From the IMG/VR virus record IMGVR_UViG_2529293040_000016: 16,688 bases of DNA; one strand, 5' to 3'. Under the pieces are notes generated by a model that worked only from the letters and a program-made list of their open reading frames with translations, searched no databases and had not been told where the DNA came from. Of this stretch, positions 7,919 to 14,533 are shown one piece after another. The stretch is from a virus. Taxonomy: Duplodnaviria > Heunggongvirae > Uroviricota > Caudoviricetes. The translations under genes and the position numbers were made by a program. How positions within the stretch are numbered: position 1 is the stretch's first letter; every line of letters begins with the position of its first letter.

Positions 7919-8413
7919 ATGGGAATAACTAAAGAACGATTGTTGGAAATAGCAAACCTTAGTGATTGGGCATTAAGTGATGAGAGAATTGTTTCTCCTC
8001 ATGCTTATGAGTCAGTTACAAGTATAGAAATAACAACAATGGCTAGAATGCTGCTTGGTTATTTCAAAATAGAAAATAAAAAACAGATGGATAGTAATGT
8101 TGATATATGTGAGATTTTAGACGATTGGGGGGCTTGGGTTGTGGCTGGTAATAGTTCTATTGATTGGCAGGAAATAGCTGATAAATATAAAAATGTTGTT
8201 CCTCATGGTAAAAAATCACGTCGTCAGTGCAGCAATGATGAAGGGCGAATTATTGACATTAGTATCCTTAGGTTAGAAAGATATAAGCAACAAGAATATG
8301 AGTTAATTGTTGCTCATTTCGTGATTGGTTTATCTCTTCGTGCTATTGCAAAGCAACAAGGATGTTCAGATGGAACAATTCGTAAAAGATTGCAAAAAGC
8401 CTTAGGTTTTTGA
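7919..8413 (+). CDS. HTH regulator with sigma-70 region-4 / LuxR-like C-terminal helix-turn-helix (164 aa), encoded in the low-GC island
   Basis: Track ORF 7907..8413; the ATG at 7919 has GGAG 6 nt upstream. C-terminus ...EYELIVAHFVIGLSLRAIAKQQGCSDGTIRKRLQKALGF resembles sigma region 4 / LuxR HTH. Markedly AT-rich. Convergent with the three-gene cassette. Confidence 0.65.
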   Translation: MGITKERLLEIANLSDWALSDERIVSPHAYESVTSIEITTMARMLLGYFKIENKKQMDSNVDICEILDDWGAWVVAGNSSIDWQEIADKYKNVVPHGKKSRRQCSNDEGRIIDISILRLERYKQQEYELIVAHFVIGLSLRAIAKQQGCSDGTIRKRLQKALGF

Positions 8414-8435
8414 CTGGATATATAGCAATTACCAG

Positions 8436-9077
8436 TTAAGAGTCAGCGGTTTTTTTACCAGTGTAATGGTATAAGGATACTCCCATGTGTCTTACATGAT
8501 ATGGAAGCGCTGTTGCTGGATGCTTTGTGATACTCTTAAAGCGGAGGGGAGAGCCTTCCGCTTCAATTTCTGCGTCCGAAACGGTCGTAGAGAAAAATTC
8601 TTTCCATTCATTGAATTTTACTGCTGATTTGTCAGACTTTATATAAATTAGAATTCCTCCATGATCGTCACGTGACGTACCCGTGCCGTAACGTTCGGTT
8701 AGCTGAATCCAGCCATTATGAATAGATTTGGGGCCTCTCCATAATTTTGCTTCACCGATCCATTCGAATTTTCCGAATTGATGTTTAACTAATAAATCAA
8801 CGTGACCGCCATGTTGAGTATCATGTTCAACATCATAAAACCTACCTTTCAGGAAATTTTTGATCGACGCTGTTAGCTCGTCCTCTCCCCACTTAGCATC
8901 TTGATAGAAGTGTTTGTCATTTTCTAAATTCTGAATAGCGTCGTCTAAATCTTCATAGAGTTGCTTTACAAAAATATTTTTGTCTGCAGCTAATTTTCTT
9001 TGAACCATTCCCCTAAATTCAGGATCCATTCTAATTAATGATTGAAGGTCTGCAGTACAGATGTTTACATCACTCAT
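8436..9077 (-). CDS. Cassette gene 3: putative PD-(D/E)xK-fold nuclease (213 aa)
   Basis: Track ORF 8436..9140; the ATG at 9077 has GGAGAG upstream and lies 4 nt after the stop of the preceding gene. Motif GGHVDLLVK ... FEWIGEAK fits the hhhD ... hhE-x-K spacing of restriction-endonuclease-like nucleases. Assignment is inference from motif only. Confidence 0.6.
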   Translation of the reverse strand: MSDVNICTADLQSLIRMDPEFRGMVQRKLAADKNIFVKQLYEDLDDAIQNLENDKHFYQDAKWGEDELTASIKNFLKGRFYDVEHDTQHGGHVDLLVKHQFGKFEWIGEAKLWRGPKSIHNGWIQLTERYGTGTSRDDHGGILIYIKSDKSAVKFNEWKEFFSTTVSDAEIEAEGSPLRFKSITKHPATALPYHVRHMGVSLYHYTGKKTADS

Positions 9078-9498
9078 GCAGACTCTCCAAAAGACTCGAA
9101 GGAGTAAAGTATGGATAAAGATACTGGCTAAAATTATCAACCAATTCGCCAGTTTCTGGATGGTAAAAACTTCCTGTGTCTAAAGCATAGGAAATAAGAT
9201 CATCTTCAACTGGTATTGGTTCTTCCGTTAAATTATCAATGTATTGAAAATGCATATCCAATAGATGTGCTTTATAGCTAGATAAATAATCAGTTGCTTT
9301 TATTAGCAGGATATAGTCATCTTTCGTATCAGTTAGATAGGTTAAACCATTGATAAGGGTTTTGTATGTAAAGTGATTGATATTTTTAGCATCTTTACTA
9401 ACCAGAAAAAGAAAAAGATCACGACACACACTGCGAACAGGATCATTAAAATCCTGCTCTATTTGCGTGATAATGTCGTGATATATACTCTTTTTCAT
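9070..9498 (-). CDS. Cassette gene 2: acidic hypothetical protein (142 aa)
   Basis: Track ORF. Its ATG overlaps the stop of the upstream ORF as ATGA, indicating translational coupling. No recognisable domain. Confidence 0.6.
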   Translation of the reverse strand: MKKSIYHDIITQIEQDFNDPVRSVCRDLFLFLVSKDAKNINHFTYKTLINGLTYLTDTKDDYILLIKATDYLSSYKAHLLDMHFQYIDNLTEEPIPVEDDLISYALDTGSFYHPETGELVDNFSQYLYPYFTPSSLLESLHE

Positions 9499-10585
9499 TT
9501 ATGGCCTGATGATCTCGCTCTTCTTTTCTCTTCACAGGACTTAACAGAATCCAATATTTTTTCAACAATAAATATAATCGAATCAATGTTGTTACAGTTC
9601 TTCGCAATTGCTTCATGCAACCTAATTCTAGGATTATCAAGCATTGTCCTTTTTCCTGGTAATATTAACTCTACTGATAAAATATGTGAAGAACTTTGTG
9701 GTAAATCCCAAATTTTTCCCAACTTAAACTTTGTCAATATTGGGCTTGCGGACTCTCCACTATGATGGTAAACATCTTGACGCAAACACTTTTGACTTGG
9801 TTTGAGTTTTAAAGAACTTGTATTGCCATCTGAGGTGATAAAAGATACATGAGAAATTCTGCCATCTACTTTTTCGTAAAGATCTTGTATTGAACCAAAT
9901 AATTCAAGAGGATTGTTTAAAATAACGCCAGCTTCTTTTTTATAAATTTAGCCACAAGGTATTGTTGAGGCTGTGATTCACTTCTTGGAAGGATAGATAA
10001 ATCAATCGTAAGAATTAATATTTTTTCTGCAGGCATTAGCATGATGGTATTAAAGCATTGCGTGACTTGGCGTGTTTTGCATTTTATTTCTCCACCATTA
10101 GCACGTAATTCCATACCCGCATCGCTAAGATGTGTTGGGTCAAGCTCTATCACTTCAGTGTAATACGCTTTGGATAAAAAAACAGCAGTGTCAATTTGTT
10201 TATCACGAATGATATCTTGACGTAGTTCAGCAAAATGCAGCTCAGTATCAGCAACTAACAGCTCCTCTCTGGATAAAGGAATTGGGTATTTTTCTGAGAA
10301 GGGGCTATTGTCCTTTTTCTGATTTGTGAAAATTGTTTGTAATTTTGCTACGTCTTCATCGGTGATTCTATAAATAGAAAGTAATCGATTCCCGCTAAAA
10401 ATTAAACCTTTCCAGAAATCGTCGATTCTGTCTTTTAGGTCGGGATTATGCTGAACTACACTATTTACACGTTCAATAAAAAGGGGTAATCCTTGGGCCG
10501 TTACACCCAGTGATGAACCAAGAAGCTTACGGGTGTTGCGCCAGCCAAAGCGTGAATTGATGTTTTTTACTGTTTGCTCAAGCAT
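9495..10585 (-). CDS. Cassette gene 1: protein of unknown function encoded in two frames (zero-frame product 222 aa; -1 fusion product about 363 aa)
   Basis: Track ORFs 9917..10591 and 9495..9785; the ATG at 10585 has AAGGAAG 6 nt upstream. The frame of the downstream ORF is open all the way up to 9947 and is -1 relative to the upstream ORF. The overlap contains A_AAA_AAG in the zero frame (plus-strand 9935-9941). Confidence 0.55.
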
Positions 10586-10726
10586 TAACACTTCCTTAAT
10601 TTTCCCTTAACAATTTAGGGTGCTAAACTTTTTTGCGCAGTTTACATAAAAAAATAGTGCGTACGCAAAAACTATCTAACATGATGAGCTTTAACCGGGA
10701 AATTTGTATATGTTGTGAGCATAAAG

Positions 10727-10755
10727 TTGGCTGAGAAATCTAAAACGGGTAGAAT
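10727..10755 (+). promoter_or_regulatory. Candidate hok/mok mRNA promoter (TTGGCT - 17 bp - TAGAAT)
   Basis: Hexamers read from the sequence at 10727-10732 and 10750-10755. A transcript from here to the terminator at about 11181 would be about 420 nt, typical of hok mRNAs. Not verified. Confidence 0.35.
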
Positions 10756-10874
10756 GACTGCGGGTGCTTGAGGCTATCTGTCTCAGGCATGAACACCAAA
10801 AGGCAGATAGAGAAAAGCCCCAGTTAACATTACGCGTCCGGCAAGACGCTTAACATTAATCTGAGGCCATATCT

Positions 10875-11087
10875 ATGCTCTACACACGTAGGTTAGCCTC
10901 TTACGTGCCGAAAGGCAAGGAGAAGCAGGCTATGAAGCAGCAAAAGGCGATGTTAATCGCCCTGATCGTCATCTGTTTAACCGTCATAATGACGGCACTG
11001 GTAACGAGGAAAGACCTCTGCGAGGTACGAATCCGAACCGGCCAGACGGAGGTCGCTGTCTTCACAGCTTACGAACCTGAGGAGTAA
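10875..11087 (+). CDS. mok: Mok-like regulatory ORF (in-frame N-terminal extension of hok)
   Basis: 70-aa track ORF containing the hok ORF in the same frame, as in chromosomal mokC/hokC loci (recalled). Confidence 0.55.
   Translation: MLYTRRLASYVPKGKEKQAMKQQKAMLIALIVICLTVIMTALVTRKDLCEVRIRTGQTEVAVFTAYEPEE
10932..11087 (+). CDS. hok: Hok/Gef-family type I toxin (51 aa)
   Basis: MKQQKAMLIALIVICLTVIMTALVTRKDLCEVRIRTGQTEVAVFTAYEPEE is a clear Hok-family sequence (TM helix plus conserved ...TRKDLCEV...RTGQTEVAVF...). AAGGAG SD 9 nt upstream of the ATG. Confidence 0.85.
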   Translation: MKQQKAMLIALIVICLTVIMTALVTRKDLCEVRIRTGQTEVAVFTAYEPEE

Positions 11088-11154
11088 GAGACCAGGCGGG
11101 GGAGAATCCCTCGCCACCTCTGATGTGTCAGGCATCCTCAACGCACCCGCACTT

Positions 11155-11181
11155 AACCCGCTTCGGCGGGTTTTGTTTTTT
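11155..11181 (+). terminator. Rho-independent terminator downstream of hok
   Basis: Stem CCCGC (11157-11161) / GCGGG (11166-11170) with TTCG loop, followed by TTTTGTTTTTT. Confidence 0.6.
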
Positions 11182-11253
11182 CCTGGCATTCTGGTTTACA
11201 ATTCGCACGCCAGCCTGAACAACTGGCACCTGCTGCGCCAGCAGAGACAACCG

Positions 11254-11532
11254 ATGGCGCACGATACCAAATTACACAATTCTGATGATTCTGCCGTCTT
11301 TGCCAGCAGGCACGGGCGGCGTTCCCGCACTTTCAAATCTGACTGGTTCCAGCATCCCCCATGCACTGAAGAACAGGCCGAGTGGCTAATTCAGTGCTAC
11401 CGCAGACACGGATACGAGATTAAGAAAGCCCTCAGCCTCGATTATCGTCACTGGATAATCTCCGTCAGGCTTCCTTACTCCGAACGACCACCGCGTCCGT
11501 CCCGCACATTCCAGCAACGCATCTGGAGGTAA
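11254..11532 (+). CDS. Hypothetical protein (92 aa), in the position occupied by rem in Qin
   Basis: Track ORF 11125..11532 trimmed to the first ATG beyond the hok terminator. Weak SD. Function unknown. Confidence 0.45.
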   Translation: MAHDTKLHNSDDSAVFASRHGRRSRTFKSDWFQHPPCTEEQAEWLIQCYRRHGYEIKKALSLDYRHWIISVRLPYSERPPRPSRTFQQRIWR

Positions 11533-11533
11533 C

Positions 11534-12583
11534 GTGCGGGTATTACTTCGACCTGTTCTGGTACCGGAACTCGGGCTGGTGATCGTTAAGCCGGGCCGTG
11601 AATCCATGCCGGTATTCCACAATACCCGGGTACTGGTGGAGCCGGAACCGAAAAGCATGCGTAATCTGCCGTCCGGGGTCGTTCCTGCCGTTCGCCAGCC
11701 GCTGGCGGAGGATAAATCATTACTGCCATTTTTCAGCGACGAACGAGTGATTCGTGCTGCTGGTGGCGCTGGCGCATTGTCTGACTGGTTACTGCGCCAT
11801 GTTAAATCCTGCCAGTGGCCACACGGTGATTATCACCACAGTGAAACCGTCATTCACCGTTATGGTACCGGCGCAATGGTGTTGTGCTGGCACTGCGACA
11901 ACCAGCTGCGCGACCAGACCTCCGAATCACTCGGGCAACTTGCTCACCAAAACCTGTCAGCATGGATGATTGACGTCATACGCCATGCAATGAATGGCTC
12001 GCAGGAACGGGAATTATCGCTGGCTGAATTATCCTGGTGGGCGGTCCGCAATCAGGTGGCGGACGCGCTACCGGAAGCGGTATTACGTCGTTCGCTGGGG
12101 TTGCGTGCGGAAAAAATCCGCTCAATGTACCGTGAAAGCGACATCGTACCGGGAGAGCAGACCGCCACCAGCATACTGAAACAGCGCACAAAAAATCTTG
12201 CGCCGCTGCCTCACGCCCACCAGCAACAGAACCCACCACAGGAAAAGACGGTGGTCAGCATTGCCGTTGATCCTGAGTCTCCGGAATCTTTCATGAAACG
12301 ACCTAAACGTCGCCGCTGGGTTAACGAGAAATACACACGCTGGGTGAAGACACAGCCGTGTGCGTGTTGTGGTAAGCCAGCCGACGATCCCCATCACCTG
12401 ATTGGTCATGGTCAGGGCGGAATGGGGACAAAATCTCACGATATTTTCACGCTACCGCTGTGTCGGGAGCATCACAACGAGCTTCATGCGGATCCGCTGA
12501 CGTTCGAAGAAAAGCATGGTTCTCAGGTTGATTTAATTTTTCGTTTTCTTGATCACGCCTTTGCAACTGGCGTGCTTGGGTAA
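11534..12583 (+). CDS. ydfU: YdfU-like prophage protein (DUF968-type) with C-terminal Cys/His-rich HNH-like motif
   Basis: 349-aa track ORF with GTG start. C-terminal CACCGKPADDPHHLIGHGQGGMGTKSHDIFTLPLCREHHNELH resembles a zinc-binding HNH-type motif. Position upstream of rusA/Q matches Qin ydfU. Name from memory. Confidence 0.65.
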   Translation: MRVLLRPVLVPELGLVIVKPGRESMPVFHNTRVLVEPEPKSMRNLPSGVVPAVRQPLAEDKSLLPFFSDERVIRAAGGAGALSDWLLRHVKSCQWPHGDYHHSETVIHRYGTGAMVLCWHCDNQLRDQTSESLGQLAHQNLSAWMIDVIRHAMNGSQERELSLAELSWWAVRNQVADALPEAVLRRSLGLRAEKIRSMYRESDIVPGEQTATSILKQRTKNLAPLPHAHQQQNPPQEKTVVSIAVDPESPESFMKRPKRRRWVNEKYTRWVKTQPCACCGKPADDPHHLIGHGQGGMGTKSHDIFTLPLCREHHNELHADPLTFEEKHGSQVDLIFRFLDHAFATGVLG

Positions 12584-12595
12584 AAGAGGTGACTG

Positions 12596-12955
12596 ATGCT
12601 CATAGATTTGGTTTTACCTTACCCGCCGACGGTGAACACTTACTGGCGACGCCGTGGCAGCACATATTTTGTATCAAAAGTCGGTGAGCGTTATCGCCGT
12701 GATGTGGCGCTTATTGTTCGCCAGCAGCAACTGAAATTAAACCTGTCCGGAAGGCCGGCAATAGAAATTATTGCAGAGCCACCGGATAAGCGCCGTCGTG
12801 ACCTGGACAATATCCTGAAGGCACCACTGGATGTACTGACGCATGCGGGGCTGCTCATAGACGACGAGCAGTTTGATGAAATTAATATTGTGCGCGGTCA
12901 GCTTGTTCCTGGTGGGCGGTTGGGGATAAAAATCACAGAACTGGAGTATGCATGA
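12596..12955 (+). CDS. rusA: Holliday-junction resolvase RusA
   Basis: 119 aa. Conserved RusA signatures read by eye (N-terminal LPYPPTVNTYW, catalytic region PDKRRRDLDN, C-terminal GGRLGIKITE) align with E. coli RusA from memory. AGAGGTG SD. Stop overlaps the Q start as ATGA. Confidence 0.85.
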   Translation: MLIDLVLPYPPTVNTYWRRRGSTYFVSKVGERYRRDVALIVRQQQLKLNLSGRPAIEIIAEPPDKRRRDLDNILKAPLDVLTHAGLLIDDEQFDEINIVRGQLVPGGRLGIKITELEYA

Positions 12956-13641
12956 ATAACCAGTATTTACAGTTTGTTCGTGAGCAACTCATGATTGCCA
13001 CCGCCGATTTGAGTGGATCAACAAAAGGGCAGCTTGAGGCCTGGCAGGAGAATGCCATGTTTGATACAGGGCGTTACAGGCGTAAAAAAATCCGGTACCG
13101 CGATGAAGTGACTGGAAAAATGATAACGCGGGATAATCCACCAATCCCGGGAAAGCAATCGCTGGCGAAGGGGGCGTCAATTCCTCTCGTCAGTCCGGTT
13201 GAGTTTTTGACATCATCGTGGCGGCGGGCTGTTCTGTCTCTTGAAGAACATCATAAAGCCTGGTTGTTGTGGTGTTACAGCGGGAGTATTTGTTGGGAAT
13301 ATCAGATCGCGATAACACAGTGGGCGTGGAATGAATTTAATACTCAATCCGGTACCAGAAAAATTGCTGGGAAAACGCAGGAACGCCTGAAAAAATTAAT
13401 CTGGCTGGCGGCGCAGGCAGTAAAAGCAGAACTTTTTGGTGGGGAAGGTTATGAATATCAGGAGCTGGCATTACTGGCGGGAGTGACAACTAAAAACTGG
13501 TCCAAAACATTTACTCGTCACTGGGTTGCAATGAAACACATTTTTCACCGACTGGATAGTGAGGCTTTATTATTTGTAATGAGAACACGTTCAAAACAAA
13601 AGGCGGCATTTTCAAAGCAAAGTGTTGCAAAAGTAGATTGA
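12952..13641 (+). CDS. Late-gene antiterminator Q-like protein (229 aa)
   Basis: Track ORF immediately followed by a pR'-like promoter and strong intrinsic terminator, and preceded by rusA, which is the canonical nin-Q-pR'-tR' arrangement. Assignment is mainly by context. Confidence 0.65.
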   Translation: MNNQYLQFVREQLMIATADLSGSTKGQLEAWQENAMFDTGRYRRKKIRYRDEVTGKMITRDNPPIPGKQSLAKGASIPLVSPVEFLTSSWRRAVLSLEEHHKAWLLWCYSGSICWEYQIAITQWAWNEFNTQSGTRKIAGKTQERLKKLIWLAAQAVKAELFGGEGYEYQELALLAGVTTKNWSKTFTRHWVAMKHIFHRLDSEALLFVMRTRSKQKAAFSKQSVAKVD

Positions 13642-13653
13642 AAGGCATATATT
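13625..13653 (+). promoter_or_regulatory. pR'-like late promoter (TTGCAA - 17 bp - TATATT) with downstream qut-like region
   Basis: Hexamers at 13625-13630 and 13648-13653, overlapping the 3' end of the Q-like gene. Followed by a short structured leader and a terminator. Confidence 0.5.
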
Positions 13654-13706
13654 TCATGCAAATCTGATATTTTGCCGATTTTGTACGTGATGGCAAAATC
13701 AAACAA

Positions 13707-13731
13707 AACCCGCCCACAAGCGGGTTTTTTT
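13707..13731 (+). terminator. tR'-like rho-independent terminator
   Basis: Stem CCCGC (13709-13713) / GCGGG (13720-13724) with a 6-nt loop, followed by TTTTTTT (13725-13731). Confidence 0.75.
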
Positions 13732-13857
13732 GTGCCACTTATCTCGGATAGACATGGTGAATGCGCTGGTGGAGGAGATAAGGGTGATTTTTGTATGCTT
13801 GCAAGTAACCGGCTCATTTAAACCGTCTGGTCTGTTTCCTCCGGCTCTACAAAAATA

Positions 13858-14533
13858 ATGTCCATCATTTTTAATGGACACTATCGTATGAAACACCGGA
13901 CCTGGATCACTGAAGCTTTACGTCTTCACTTTGAAGAACATTTACCCCGGGTTGTGGCCGGGCGTCGCCTGGGTGTACCAAAATCAACAGTTTGTAGTAT
14001 GTTCGTGCGCTTTCGGAGAGCTGGCCTTTCGTGGCCTTTGCCCGCAGGCATGTCGGAGCAGGAACTTGATGCCTGCCTTTACGGACAATTTTCCACGGTA
14101 CCAGTCGTACGTCCTGAAAGCACCGTTATATCCGAAGCCCCCGTGGTAAAAACGTCCCCGGCGGCCCAACTTCCCTTATGAGTTTAAAATCGCCTTAGTG
14201 GAGCAGTCACTGCAGCCCGGAGCCTGTGTGGCGCAGATCGCCCGGGAAAACGGAATCAACGATAACCTGCTCTTCAACTGGCGCCATCAATACCGGAAAG
14301 GTGGCCTGCTGCCTTCCGGAAAAAATATGCCGGCACTGCTTCCCGTGACGTTAACGCCGGAGCCGGATAATAAAATCCCGGCCCCCGCACAGGAACCAGA
14401 GCAGATAAATACACCGTCCGACAGTCTGTGTTGTGAGCTGGTTCTGCCGGCCGGAACTCTCAGGCTTAAAGGTAAACTGACGCCGGCGTTATTACAGACA
14501 CTTATCCGCGAAATAAAAGGGAGCAGCCACTGA
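13858..14533 (+). CDS. tnpA: IS66-family tnpA, split between two frames (13858..14181 and 14150..14533)
   Basis: The downstream frame carries the conserved TnpA core (RRPNFPYEFK...PGACVAQIARENGINDNLLFNWRHQY) but has a TAA immediately upstream of it. The upstream 107-aa ORF (HTH-like) ends 30 nt later in the +1-offset frame. The overlap contains AAAAA and CCCC runs. Confidence 0.5.

Noticed and set aside
7919-8413. Considered calling the 164-aa HTH protein the Q antiterminator
   Set aside because: The pR'-like promoter and tR' terminator lie after the 12952..13641 gene, which also follows rusA in the canonical order. The 7919 gene sits inside the low-GC island, so it is treated as an island regulator instead.
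11125-11253. N-terminal extension of the 11125..11532 ORF (GTG start)
   Set aside because: It would be translated through the hok terminator hairpin and has no SD; the ORF was trimmed to the ATG at 11254.
11386-12439. Antisense and alternate-frame ORFs within the ydfU-like gene (11386..11658, 11754..11969, 11976..12239, 11994..12179, 12122..12439)
   Set aside because: Embedded in a single long ORF with a coherent Cys/His motif; no independent evidence.
14098-14150. Alternative IS66 left end near 14098 (weak similarity to the right-end inverted repeat)
   Set aside because: The match is poorer than the candidate at 13805 and would leave tnpA without an N-terminus or start codon.
13858-14181. 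The 107-aa HTH ORF as a fragment of a separate IS21-family element interrupted by the IS66 element
   Set aside because: The motif recollection (AGLSWPLP...) is uncertain, and the ORF runs directly into the tnpA core with only a frame change. A single longer tnpA is the more parsimonious reading, though not proven.
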